Positions 34,041-44,812 of a stretch of 64,000 nucleotides of DNA are shown piece by piece; the first letter of the stretch is position 1, and the number at the start of each line of letters is the position of its first letter. The position numbers and the translations under genes are program-made. The DNA comes from an uncultured Gemmatimonadales bacterium (GTDB taxonomy: Bacteria; Gemmatimonadota; Gemmatimonadetes; Gemmatimonadales; GWC2-71-9): NCBI GenBank assembly GCA_963832055.1, contig CAWHST010000001.1, positions 2,183-66,182 on the forward strand, read 5' to 3'. Under the pieces are notes generated by a model that did no database searches, was not told the origin of the DNA, and worked only from the letters and a program-made list of their open reading frames with translations.

Positions 34041-36497
34041 ATGACCACCGACCTCCTGGACCAGTTGCAGGTCACTCTGGGCGCCGCCTACGCGGTGGAG
34101 CGCGAGCTAGGTGCCGGAGGGATGAGTCGCGTCTTCGTCGCTCAGGAGACCGCCCTCGGCCGCAAGGTGGTCGTCAAGGTGCTCCCGCCCGAGCTGGCCG
34201 GGGGCATCGACGTCGACCGCTTCCACCGCGAAGTCCAGCTCGCCGCCCAGCTCCGCCATCCGCACATCGTCCCTCTGCTCACCGCCGGCGAGGGCCGTGG
34301 CCTGCTCTACTACACGATGCCCTACGTGGAGGGAGCATCGTTGCGCACCTACCTCGACCGTCAAGGGGAGTTGCCGGTGGGTGAGGCGGTCAAACTGCTC
34401 CGGGAGGTAGCCGACGCGCTCTGCTACGCACACCGGCGGGGCGTCGTCCACCGTGACATCAAGCCGGAGAACATCCTGCTCGAGGACGGGCACGCGCTGG
34501 TCACCGACTTCGGCATCGCGAAGGCGCTCACCGCTCGTCTAGGCGCGGGTGGTGCGATGACTTCCGTCGGTCTCGCGGTCGGGACGCCCACGTATATGGC
34601 CCCGGAGCAGGCAGCGGCAGACCCGCACGTTGATCACCGGGCCGACCTCTATGCGCTCGGGGTGGTCGCCTACGAGGTCCTGACTGGCGACCCGCCTTTC
34701 CGCGGCCATACGGCGCAGCAGCTCGTCGGCGCGCACTTGACGCAGATCCCCGAGCCGGTCGCGCAGTACCGTTCCAGCATCCCTGGGACGCTCGCTGCGC
34801 TAGTCATGCGCCTACTGGAAAAACGGCCAGCCGACCGGCCGCAGTCAGCCGAAGAGGTGCTGCACGAGCTGGATGCCATGGTGGTGGCGGCGAGCGGCGG
34901 GACGGTCGCTGCGCAACCTGCCGAGCCCGCAGCGCAGGCGATAACGGCACGCCGGGGTCCTCTCGGCCACCGCGCGGCCGTCTACGTGGGACTGGCGGCT
35001 TTGCTGGGACTAGCGGGCTACGCCGTCGTCGCCCGCATCATCGACGGGCAGCCGGGCCGCGAGCCCTCCGTCAACGCGGCGGGCAGCACCGTCGGTGCCA
35101 GCGAGTGCCGGGACGGCGAAGTCGATTGCTGTGCTCCCGTTCGTGAACATGAGCGCCGAGCGGGAGAACGAGTACTTCTCGGACGGCATGACCGAGGAGC
35201 TGATCAACGCGCTCAGCAAGGTGGAGGGTCTGCGCGTGGCTGCCCGCACCTCGGCCTTCGCCTTCAAAGGCAAGGATGCCGATGTTCGGGAGGTCGGGGA
35301 GAAGCTCAGGGTGGCGACTGTCCTCGCGGGGAGCGTGCGGAGCTCGGGAACGAGGCTTCGCGTCACGGCGCAGCTCATGGACGCCGAGCAGGGCGTCCAA
35401 CTGTGGTCGGAGACATATGACCGCGAGCTGGCCGACGTGTTCGCCGTCCAAGATGAGTTGTCGCGAGCGATCGTGAGTGCGCTGAAGGTTACGCTTGCTG
35501 GGGACCAGGACGTGCCTCTCGTCAGTCGCCCGACCCAGAGTCTGGAGGCGTATAACCTCTACCTGCAGGGCCGCTACTCGTGGAACCAGCGGACCGAAGC
35601 CGGGCTCAAGCAGGCGGTCCGCTACTTCGAGCAGGCGATCACCATGGATTCGGGCTATGCCCAGGCATATGCCGGGCTCGCCGACGCCTATGTCCTCCTC
35701 CCCGAGCGCGGGCCCACGCGGCCAGCCGAGGTGTACCCCAAGGCCGAGGCGGCCGCACTCAGGGCACTGGCGCTGGACAGCACCCTCGCTGAGGCGCACA
35801 CCTCGCTCGGCTACGTCCTGGAGGTCAAGGAGCTGGGAGTGGCGGCGCGCCGAGCAGGCGTTCCGGCGCGCGATCGCGCTCAATCCGAGCTATGCCACCG
35901 CACATCACTGGTACGCCGAATGCTTGAGCTTGACGGGACGTCCAGACGAAGGCCTGGTCGAGCTCGAGCAGGCCTTAAGCCTGGACCCGCTGTCGTCTCA
36001 GATTCGCGCCCAGACGGGCTTGCAGCTCTACCGGATGCGTCGCTATGACGCAGCCATCGCGCAACTCCGCCAGACGCTCGATCTGTACCCGCGTTCCGCC
36101 CGAGGCCCATGATTGGCTCGGACGGACATATCTGTTAAAGGGGAGGCACGCTGAGGCACTCGCCGAAATGGAGACAGCAGTGAGCCTCACGGGACGTGGC
36201 TCGCTGGAGTTGGTGAACCTCGCCTACGTATACGCTGTGACGGAAGGAGGGAGCAGGCACATCCGAATCCGTGAGGAGCTCGAGGAGCGGTCGCGGCGTC
36301 AGTACGTCTCGCCCCTGGCGTTCGCGCGAATCTCCACGGGGCTGGGCGAGAAAGACCAAGCATTCGTGTGGCTGGACAAGGCCGTGGACGCGCATGACCC
36401 TAATTTACTGTTCGGTGTCTTCGACCCACTCTGGGATCCCCTGCGCTCCGACCCGAGGTTCACTCGAGCCTTGAGGCGGATGCGGCTGGAGTCGTGA
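34041..36497 (+). CDS. Ser/Thr protein kinase with TM, TolB-like and TPR domains (frameshifted)
   Basis: GAGGMSRVF, HRDIKPEN, DFGIAK, SIAVLPFVNMS, YFSDGMTEELI, DPLRSDPRF. Confidence 0.88.
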
Positions 36498-36567
36498 CTC
36501 GATCTCCAGGAACGGTGCCTACGCTGCGCAAGCAGCAGGTGGAGGCGGACCTGGGCGAGGAAGCCTC

Positions 36568-38243
36568 ATGAATGACCGCGCATTGCGGGTGACCTACCTG
36601 CTGGTACTGCTCTTGGGCTGTGCAGGCCACACCAGCCCGATCCCCGCGTGGAACAGTACGACCTGCTGATCACTGGCGGAACCGTGGTCGACGGCTCGGG
36701 CGGTCCTGCCTTCTAGGCGGATGTCGCCGTGCAGGGCGACCGAATCGTGCGTGTCGCCAGGGCGCACCTCGCACCCTCGAGTGCTACCCGGGTCATTGAA
36801 GCCGCCGGGAAGGTGGTCGCGCCGGGATTCGTCGACCTGCATGCCCATATCGAGCGCCTGCTGCAGATACCAGCGGCTGGGCACTACCTGCGCCAGGGCG
36901 TCACCACCCTGGTGGGAAACCCGGATGGTGGATGGCTCCCCCACCGGCCATCACCTTGGCCGCTCGGCCCATACTTGGATTCCGTAGCGGCTGCGCGCTT
37001 GGCTCCGAACGTGGCCTACTACGTCGGACACAATACGGTGCGACGCGAGGTATTGGGATTGGCGGACCGAGCGCCTTCGAGCGATGAGTTGGCACGAATG
37101 CGGTCGCTTGTAGCCAATGCGATGGGAGCCGCCGCAGTTGGCCTGTCGACTGGACTAGCGTACGCACCGGGAGCCTATGCCACAACCGACGAGATTGTCG
37201 CGCTCGCCCGCGTCGCCGCTGATTCTGGCGGTATCTACACCTCACACATCCGGAGCGAGAGCGATAGTCTCCTCGAGAGCGTCGCTGAGGCGATCAACGT
37301 TGGGCGTAACGCGCGCATCCCGGTCGTGATCGACCACCATAAGGCTTTCGGAAAGAAGTCGTGGGGGGCCAGTGTGCGCACACTCGCCCTGGTGGATTCG
37401 GCGCGCGCGGCCGGCGTGGACGTCATGATGAACCAATACCCATACATCGCGGCCTCTACGACCGTCGGTTCGATGGTACCGGCGTGGGCGTTCGCCGGCG
37501 GGGACACCGCATTCGCCCGCAGGCTCGCCAGCCCACCACTCCGAGACAGTCTGCTCCGGGGAACCGCGGCGTACCTTATGGGGCACGCTGGCGGGGACCT
37601 CCGCCTCGTGCAGATGGCCAGGGTCGACTGGATGCCGGAGCTGCAAGGGAAACCCCTCTTTGACTGGGCCATCGAACGTGGACTGATTCCCACAGCCGAG
37701 ACAGGGGCCGAATTGATCCTTGAAGCTTTGCGGCGTGGCGGTGCGACGGCCATTTACCACTTGATGGATGAAGACGACGTCCGCCGCATTATGCGCCATC
37801 CGCAAACGATGATTGCCTCCGATGGGCAACTGATCGTTCCCGGTGAAGGCCAGCCCCATCCACGCTCGTACGGCACTTACCCACGGGTCCTCGGCCGGTA
37901 CGTGAGAGAGGCGCACGTGCTCACGCTGCAGCTTGCCATTCACAAGATGACCACCATGCCAGCTGATCGGCTCGGTCTCAGGGATCGCGGAAGAATCGCT
38001 GAAGGAAGCCACGCTGACATAGTCGTATTCGATCCGGCTACGATTACCGATCGCGCGACATACCAGGCGCCCCATCAGTACCCGGAGGGGGTAGACTACG
38101 TTGTCGTGAACGGCGCCGTTACGGTTGAGGCCGGACGAATGACTGAGGCGCGTGCCGGTCGCCTCCTGAGGCATCACGTATCGCCTTGTGTGGGGCTGAT
38201 CAACGATGGAGGCGTGAAATGTGGTAAACTAGGGCGAAACTAG
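36568..38243 (+). pseudogene. N-acyl-D-amino-acid deacylase (amidohydrolase), in-frame TAG at 36714 plus a frameshift
   Basis: Lipobox-like LLGC, GGTVVDGSG, PGFVDLHAH, HPRSYGTYPRVLG. Confidence 0.85.
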
Positions 38244-38570
38244 GACAGGGCGGAAAAAAATCGGGAGGCCAGACACCACCCAAGTGGCGCTGGGCCTTCC
38301 AGCTGCCCATTCGTGCCACCTGCTACCGGGGTTTGATGACTTCATGCCGGACTTTGCCGTACTTTACTCGCTCAAGTGTCGAAGTTGGTTTGGCGCCCTC
38401 TCGACTAGCCCCTAGGAACGTGAAGCATCTTGTAGGAACCGAGCACACCGTCTCCCTACAGAACGTTAGTCTGGTAGCGAGTTTTCACGCGGCATCGTCG
38501 TCGCGCAAGCTCTGTGATCTTCCTGGTCACCGGGCCGATTGACACCTACCCAGAGTGAAGGAACCCTACC

Positions 38571-39056
38571 ATGGCAGCCTACTCGACCACCGCAGCATCT
38601 GGCGCAACGTCCGCCTCCGCAGCTGGTCTCGGGGCCAGCCTTGTCACCCTGGCAGGGATTGGTCTCGTGGGTTATGGCCTCATGTTTCTCGTCCGCAACT
38701 TCACCGGCTTCATCGAGCTCGGGCTGACGCCGGAACACGTAGGCGGAACACCGGAGCAGATCCAAGCGTTCAGCCCACGGCTCTACAACTACATCAGTCA
38801 CCTACAGGTCGCCGTGGCGGGGTTCATTATCGCCCTTGGGGTGGCGGTCATCGCCCTCGCCTGGCGAGGAATTCGCACCGGGCAACGCTGGGCCCTGTGG
38901 ACGGCCTTCCTTGCCCCGGTCATTGGAGTCGGGCTGGCTCTGCCGCTGCACTATATCTACGGTATCGGCACGTTCGGCCATCTCGGACTGATCTACCTTG
39001 ATGCGGGGATCCTCCTGATCGGGACGATCCTTGCCGGGAGAGCTCTAGCGCGCTGA
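38571..39056 (+). CDS. Hypothetical membrane protein
   Basis: Four TM helices with several His residues. Confidence 0.7.
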   Translation: MAAYSTTAASGATSASAAGLGASLVTLAGIGLVGYGLMFLVRNFTGFIELGLTPEHVGGTPEQIQAFSPRLYNYISHLQVAVAGFIIALGVAVIALAWRGIRTGQRWALWTAFLAPVIGVGLALPLHYIYGIGTFGHLGLIYLDAGILLIGTILAGRALAR

Positions 39057-39186
39057 CTGCGAGGGCTGTTGGCGCGGCCGAGCGAGCTTCGCCGCCGCCT
39101 AGCTCGCGCATGCAGATCATAAGGGACCGGCTTTCCGCAGGGGACAGGACCCTCCTCATGAAGATTCCTCAACAGGAGACCAAGAT

Positions 39187-39277
39187 ATGCCATCCGCAAC
39201 CAAGGCCGCTGCCAAGGTCCGTACAGCCCTTCTCGTGCGTCTCCAAGCCAAGCCTGGCAAGGAGGCAGAAGTCGCGC
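39187..39277 (+). pseudogene. N-terminal stub of an antibiotic-biosynthesis-monooxygenase-like protein
   Basis: AGGAG RBS; ALLVRLQAKPGKEAEVA. Confidence 0.55.
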
Positions 39278-39457
39278 GCCTGGCATCCGTTCCGCCGGAA
39301 ATGGGCCACCGAGCGAAAGGATCTTCCGCTGGTCGACGTAAAGGCAACGGGCGGCTGGAGAGACACCAACACGCTTCTTACGTGTTACCAGCAGACCGAT
39401 GAGGCCTCGATGCTCCGGGTAATGGAGGCTCCGCGAAAGGTGCGGGGTGTGGGGTAG
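39278..39457 (+). pseudogene. Tyrosine-integrase C-terminal remnant
   Basis: WHPFRRKWAT (HxxR)...GGW...CYQQ (catalytic Tyr), ending about 85 bp from the tRNA 3' end. Confidence 0.82.
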
Positions 39458-39469
39458 GCTAGAGCCGAG

Positions 39470-39491
39470 AAACTACGGCAAAACTACGGCA
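39470..39491 (+). repeat. AAACTACGGCA x2 (arm-type sites)
   Basis: Perfect tandem 11-mer, also present at the other end of the same element. Confidence 0.8.
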
Positions 39492-39506
39492 GGTGGGTAA
39501 ATAGAC

Positions 39507-39541
39507 GAAGCCCGGCAACACCTAAGTCGTTGCCGGGCTTC
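39507..39541 (-). terminator. Hairpin downstream of tRNA-Gln
   Basis: GAAGCCCGGCAAC / GTTGCCGGGCTTC 13-bp stem. Confidence 0.7.
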
Positions 39542-39542
39542 A

Positions 39543-39615
39543 TTGCCCCTCCTGGGCTCGAACCAGGACTCTCCTGATCCAGAGTCAGGCGTGTTGCCAG
39601 TTACACCAAGGGGCA
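39543..39615 (-). tRNA. tRNA-Gln (CTG)
   Basis: Acceptor TGCCCCT/AGGGGCA, anticodon arm CCTGA-CTCTGGA-TCAGG, T-loop TTCGAGC; no encoded CCA. Confidence 0.97.
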
Positions 39616-39675
39616 CCGCATCCAATTTTTCACCGCAACAGATTCATACGAGCAGCCGGCCCTGGACGCCGACCA

Positions 39676-39748
39676 TGGAGCTGAGGGGGATCGAACCCCT
39701 GACCTCTGCAGTGCGATTGCAGCGCTCTCCCAGCTGAGCTACAGCCCC
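39676..39748 (-). tRNA. tRNA-Ala (CGC)
   Basis: GGGGCTG/CAGCTCC acceptor with G3:U70, anticodon arm CTGCA-ATCGCAC-TGCAG, GGTTCGATCC. Confidence 0.96.
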
Positions 39749-39986
39749 GAAGGACCGGTAAACTAGCACCCCAACCCCCTCCCATCAACCGACCTACGGC
39801 GGCCCTCGGCCCCGATCCTTAGATTGTGCCCACCAGCTTCGGCCAGCCGCCCGCGATCGCGTGTCCGGTTTTCCCGTCCCCCACGCAATACCCGGTGCGT
39901 CCCCGAAGGCCTTCGCTGGCCCGGTACTTGGAACCGCCGCCCGAAAAGGTCCTTCGGGGTCGCGTAACTCTCCCAAGGAGAACAGC

Positions 39987-41685
39987 ATGCGGGAATCGAT
40001 GTTCCGCCGGTCGCTCGGCCTGGCCCTGGCCGCGGCACTCGCGTCGGCTGGCCTCGCCGTCGACCCCGGCGGTTGCCCAGGAGGTCCACCACCATCAGCC
40101 AGGCATGCCCACCGCCACTGACGTCGGCGACGCCGTGCCGCTGTACGACAACCTGGGCGACCTGCACCACAAGGTCACCACCGCCTCGACAGCGGCCCAG
40201 AAGTACTTCGATCAGGGGCTCCGCCTCACCTACGCCTTCAACCACGACGAGGCGATCGCCTCCTACACCGCGGCCACCCGCGAGGACTCCACCTGCGCCA
40301 TGTGCTGGTGGGGGATCGCCTACGCCATGGGGCCCAACATCAACGCGCCGATGGATACCGCGGCCTACAGGCCGGCGTACGCCGCGATCCAGAAGGCAGT
40401 GAAGCTGTCGCCCAAGGCGACGCCCTACGAGCGCGACATGATCCAGGCGATGGCCAAGCGCTACGGCCCCGAGCCCGTCGCCAACCGCGCCCCGCTCGAC
40501 TCGGCGTACGCCAAGGCGATGAAGACGGTGGCCAAGAAGTACCCGAGCGACCCCGAGGCCCAGACCCTCTACGCCGAGGCGCTGATGGACCTCACCCCCT
40601 GGAACTACTGGGACGGCCGGGGGACCAAGCCGCGCGCCGGGACGCTGGAGGTGGTGGCGACCCTCGAGCGCACCATCAAGCGGCTGCCCAACCACGCCGG
40701 CGCCTGCCACTTCTACATCCATATCGTGGAGGCCTCGACCACGCCCGCCCGCGCCCTCCCCTGCGCCGACCGGCTGGCCAAGCTGATGCCGGGCGCCGGG
40801 CACCTGGTTCACATGCCCTCGCACATCTACATGCGCACCGGCCGCTACGACCTCGTCGCCGACCACAACCACGAGGCGGTGGCGGAGGACCAGAGCTACC
40901 TCCAGGACCGGAAGCCGACCGGCTTCTACAAGTACACCTACTACCCGCACAACTGGCACATGCTGTGGATGGGCCTCATCCAGCTCGGCCGGGGTGCGGA
41001 GGCCATCAATGCGTCGCGCGAGCTGGTGAAGGTCATCCCGGTGGACGTGGTGGGGACGGTGCCGCCGCTCGAGCTCTACTTCCCCCCGCCCTATTGGACC
41101 CTGGTGCGGTTCGGGAAGTACGACGAGATGCTGGCCGAGCCGGCGCCGGCGTCGTCGCTCAAGTACACCAACGCCATGTGGCGCTACAGCCGGGGAATCG
41201 CCCTGGCGGCCAAGGGCAAGACCGCGGAGGCGCAGACCGAGCTCGACAGCGTGGCCGCGACCGCCGCGGCGACGCCGGCTGACGCGATGGCCGGGATCAA
41301 CTCCCAGAAGAGCATGCTCTCGCTCGCCGAGCGGCACCTGGCCGGACGGCTCGCGCTGGCGAAGGGCGACACGGCCGGGGCGATCAAGGCGTTCGAGCAG
41401 GCGATTCCCTTGGAGGACGGGCTGCTCTACGACGAGCCGCCCGCGTGGTACCACCCGATCCGGCAGGAGCTGGCCGGAGTGCACCTCGCCATGGGGCATG
41501 CGGCGGTGGCGGAAAAGCTGTACCGGGAGGACCTGGTGCATTATCCCAATAACGGGTGGTCGCTGTACGGGCTGGCGCGGAGCCTCGAGGCCCAGAAGAA
41601 GACCGCGGAGGCGGGGAAGGTGGATGCGCAGTACCGGAAGACCTGGGACAAGGCGGACGTGAAGCCGCTGGCGGTGGGGATGTAG
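39987..41685 (+). CDS. Secreted TPR-like protein (frameshift in the signal peptide)
   Basis: AGGAG RBS; AQKYFDQGLRLTYAFNHDEA, HAGACHFYIH, GHLVHMPSHIY, PNNGWSLYGL. Confidence 0.85.
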
Positions 41686-41712
41686 CGGAGAGCAGCGAAG
41701 CGGTAAAGAGCG

Positions 41713-41796
41713 AAAGAAGCGTGAACAGTGAACGGTGAAAAGTGAAAGGGGGCATCCTCCCTTTCACTTTTCACCGTTCACTGTTCACGCTTCTTT
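41713..41796. repeat. Heptamer-built palindrome, copy 1 (perfect 38-bp arms, 8-nt loop)
   Basis: AAAGAAGCGTGAACAGTGAACGGTGAAAAGTGAAAGGG and its exact reverse complement. Confidence 0.95.
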
Positions 41797-41811
41797 TCGC
41801 CGGTTGCTAGT

Positions 41812-43002
41812 CTACTGATACTGGATATACAACGGCACCGGATACAGCCCCCCGATCACCTGCTCCGGCGTCATCAGCCCGTCGTCCCCGCATCCCACCA
41901 GCTCGTACGTCACCCGGTCGCAACTCGGCTCGAACCCCGCCACCTTGGTCCGCGGGTCCCGGTCGTTCTTGTAGAACAGCTTGAATCCGGAGTACTGCAC
42001 CGGATGCGGCGAGATCCAGAAGCGGTAGGCATCCTGCTTGTGCGCCGCCGCGCCGAACCCGTCCATCTGGATCACGACCTGCACCCGGGGATCGAGCCGG
42101 ATGCTGTCGGTGTTGGTCAGCATCTTCCGGGTGAACCGGTGCACCACCAGCACCTTGGGCGGGAGCTTGTGCTCGGTCACCACCTCGGCGAGCACATCGA
42201 TCGCGTGGTTCACGTCCTCCGCATCGAGCGTCCCGATCCGCCGCCCCGGCACCCCGCCGTTCTTCATCGCGAACTCGGGGTCGAGCGCCAGGTGGATGTA
42301 CGGCCGCTGGAGGAACGGAACCAGCGGCTCCAGCTCCGCCGCGACGGTGCTGTGGCCGGTCTGGATGTCGAGGAACACGATCCAGCCCCGCTCCTCGGCC
42401 CACGACGCCACCGTGTTGATCAGACTGTCGCCCATTCGGAGCCGATACTTGTTCCCCGCCCCCGGCTTCCCCTGCGCCACGGTCGCGATCAGGTGCAGCG
42501 CCGGCATCACCTTTCGCTCGGGGTCGGCCAGCGCCCACGCCATCGCCACCTTTTCCAGCCGCGGGAGCATCGAGTCGGGCGGGACCTGGCCCATGATGCC
42601 CATCCGCGTCGAGCGCGGGTTGCCGTAGTAGGCGATGATGCGATGCTCGGGGAGCAGCGAGCCGGCGAGCGGCTCGGCGCCCTTGACCGGCCATCTCGCG
42701 GAGTCCGCCGGGCTCAGGACGAACGGCCGGGGGCCGCGCGCGCGGGTGCGCGGGGGAAGGCTGTCGCGCTTGGCCGCGGAGCTGTCGGAGACCGAATCGG
42801 CCGCGGCCGTGTCGGCCGCCAGGCTGTCCTTCCGTGTGGTGTCGGGAGGGGCGACGACGGGCCGTGGCTCCCAGACCTTGGGCTTCGGCGGCGGCGGCGC
42901 GGGCGTGGATGCGCCGGCATCGGCCACCTTGCGCGGCGAGTCGCCGCAGCTGCTGGTCGAGCCGATAATGACGAGGAGAACGCCGAGGGGGGAGCGAAGC
43001 AT
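41812..43002 (-). CDS. Hypothetical lipoprotein
   Basis: Signal with SSC, Pro-rich linker, IIAYYGNP, HLALDPEF, MDGFG, GFKLFY. Confidence 0.8.
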   Translation of the reverse strand: MLRSPLGVLLVIIGSTSSCGDSPRKVADAGASTPAPPPPKPKVWEPRPVVAPPDTTRKDSLAADTAAADSVSDSSAAKRDSLPPRTRARGPRPFVLSPADSARWPVKGAEPLAGSLLPEHRIIAYYGNPRSTRMGIMGQVPPDSMLPRLEKVAMAWALADPERKVMPALHLIATVAQGKPGAGNKYRLRMGDSLINTVASWAEERGWIVFLDIQTGHSTVAAELEPLVPFLQRPYIHLALDPEFAMKNGGVPGRRIGTLDAEDVNHAIDVLAEVVTEHKLPPKVLVVHRFTRKMLTNTDSIRLDPRVQVVIQMDGFGAAAHKQDAYRFWISPHPVQYSGFKLFYKNDRDPRTKVAGFEPSCDRVTYELVGCGDDGLMTPEQVIGGLYPVPLYIQYQ

Positions 43003-43114
43003 GCGAACTGCATGGTAGTCGCGGGCGGGGGCTGTGCCAAGCCGCTTCGGGATACGCGAAAGGCCCTGCCGGCTCCCCAAAATCGGCAGCCGACAGGGCC
43101 CCTGACGCTGACGG

Positions 43115-43690
43115 CTAGAGCCCGATGCGGACGCCGGCCGTGAAGGGCCACACCCAGGCGTTGCTGGTCCCCAACTCTTCTTCGTCGCCGAACGCGATGT
43201 CCCCCTGCGGGCTCAGAAGCAGCGTCACCCGCGGACTCAGCCGATAGCCGATCTTCGCGCCGACGTTGATCGCGGGATACGTGTTGGATCCGGCCCCATC
43301 CACGTCGAACGTCAGCGCGCCGGCCCCGGCATTGACGATCACCGACCACGGCGACTGCCCGGGTGACAGCAATTCGTAGCCGAGCTTCGCGACGTAGTGG
43401 TAGACGTTCACGTCGGGACCCTCTCCGCCTCCCGCCAGGTCCGCCCCCGAGTGGAAGCCGAGGTCCACGTCTCCCATCAGCCAGAGCCTGGGCGCGAATT
43501 GCACCGCCGCCCCTACCCCGACACTCGGCCCGCCATCGACGGCGTCCGAGATATCGAACGTCGGCACGTTGAACCCACCTCGCCCTTCGATCGTAACTCG
43601 CCGCTCCGTCCACTGAGCCTGGGCGGTCGAGGCAATCCCGAGGAGCATGAGACCGAATACCGGCGCGGCCCCGGATCGAATCCTTCTCAT
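43115..43690 (-). CDS. Outer-membrane beta-barrel protein
   Basis: Signal peptide, alternating beta-strands, terminal FTAGVRIGL. Confidence 0.8.
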   Translation of the reverse strand: MRRIRSGAAPVFGLMLLGIASTAQAQWTERRVTIEGRGGFNVPTFDISDAVDGGPSVGVGAAVQFAPRLWLMGDVDLGFHSGADLAGGGEGPDVNVYHYVAKLGYELLSPGQSPWSVIVNAGAGALTFDVDGAGSNTYPAINVGAKIGYRLSPRVTLLLSPQGDIAFGDEEELGTSNAWVWPFTAGVRIGL

Positions 43691-43721
43691 CGTTGTCTTC
43701 CTTAGTGGTCGTGACGGTTGG

Positions 43722-44414
43722 TCAGTTCAGGTCCTGGAGCAAGAGCAGGTCGAACGGCGCACCGCCGCCGGGGGCGTCCACCGCGATCGCGGTGCGTACC
43801 TGCCCGCTCGAAAGGGTGAGTGCGCCGCTGTCGATCACCACGGTCTTGCTGCCCGCCAGGGTGACGCGCACCTGGTACTCGCCAGCCGGCGCCTCGACGT
43901 AGTCGGCCACGTCGCCGAACTCCACGTCGCCTAGAGCGGGAATCTCGGTCGCGAGGTCCGCGTCGGGCGCGGTCACGTAGATGTCCACCGCCGGCGCGCT
44001 CGGCGCCCCGTGGATCGCCCGCACCTTCACGTTCCCGGCCGCGGGCTCGCTGTTGTCGTCTTCCAGCACCAGCGGCTCGATCGCGGCCACCAGGCCACTC
44101 GCGATCACCGTGTAGTCGGCGCCGTCCGTGAGAGTCACGTCGGCATCGATGACCGTGGTCGTGGTGCCTGCCGCGTTGACCTTCAGGTTCCGATCGCCCG
44201 AGGGCACACCGAGGTAGTCCGAGGCCGTCAGATACGGCACGTCGTCCAGCACCTCCGCGTCGTCCACCAGGACGTCCACATTGGGAGCGTCGGGAGAGGC
44301 GTGGACGATCCGCACGCTCGCCTCGCCGTCGGGGCCGGTGTTGTCGTCGTCATCGCTGCAGGCGGCGGTCAACGCGCCCGCGGCGAACAAGAGAGAAAGC
44401 AGCTTCAGCTTCAT
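43722..44414 (-). CDS. DUF4397 domain lipoprotein
   Basis: LTAAC lipobox; repeated VRIVHASPDAPNVDV / VRAIHGAPSAPAVDI. Confidence 0.88.
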   Translation of the reverse strand: MKLKLLSLLFAAGALTAACSDDDDNTGPDGEASVRIVHASPDAPNVDVLVDDAEVLDDVPYLTASDYLGVPSGDRNLKVNAAGTTTTVIDADVTLTDGADYTVIASGLVAAIEPLVLEDDNSEPAAGNVKVRAIHGAPSAPAVDIYVTAPDADLATEIPALGDVEFGDVADYVEAPAGEYQVRVTLAGSKTVVIDSGALTLSSGQVRTAIAVDAPGGGAPFDLLLLQDLN

Positions 44415-44463
44415 GAGAGCGTCCTGGCTCGAGTGATTTCGGGTCTGATGGCCACGGTCTGCC

Positions 44464-44682
44464 TTACTTGGCGAAGGCGGGCTGCCAGCGGTGCTGGATC
44501 GCCTTCCACTGGACCGCCTGATACAGCGCGGCTAGACCGACCACGATGTAGACCGCCCGACTGATCGGACTCAGATTGCCGAACAGGGTCCCGACGAGAT
44601 CCGACCCGGTCACTCCCACCACGCCCCAGTTGATGCCGCCCACGACCAGCAGCACGGCGGCGATTACGTCCAGCTTCTTCAT
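44464..44682 (-). CDS. DUF378 small membrane protein
   Basis: LLVVGGINWGVVG...DLV...LFG...VYIVVGLAALY. Confidence 0.88.
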   Translation of the reverse strand: MKKLDVIAAVLLVVGGINWGVVGVTGSDLVGTLFGNLSPISRAVYIVVGLAALYQAVQWKAIQHRWQPAFAK

Positions 44683-44707
44683 ATCGACCTCACGGTAAAG
44701 GATTGTT

Positions 44708-44806
44708 TGTCTAATGCCTGTCTAACAAGATAGGCACGATACTACCTGATTGTCAAGCTAATGTCTAAGTAATTTCCTTGACATTATATAGACATTGGTC
44801 TAGCTT
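44708..44806. promoter_or_regulatory. Divergent sigma70-type promoters with CarH-type 11-bp-phased operator repeats
   Basis: + strand TTGACA(44778)-17-TAGCTT. - strand TTGACA(44756)-18-TATCTT. T(A/T)GACA pairs 11 bp apart at 44708/44719, 44751/44762 and 44778/44789. Confidence 0.75.
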
Positions 44807-44812
44807 GGTCTC

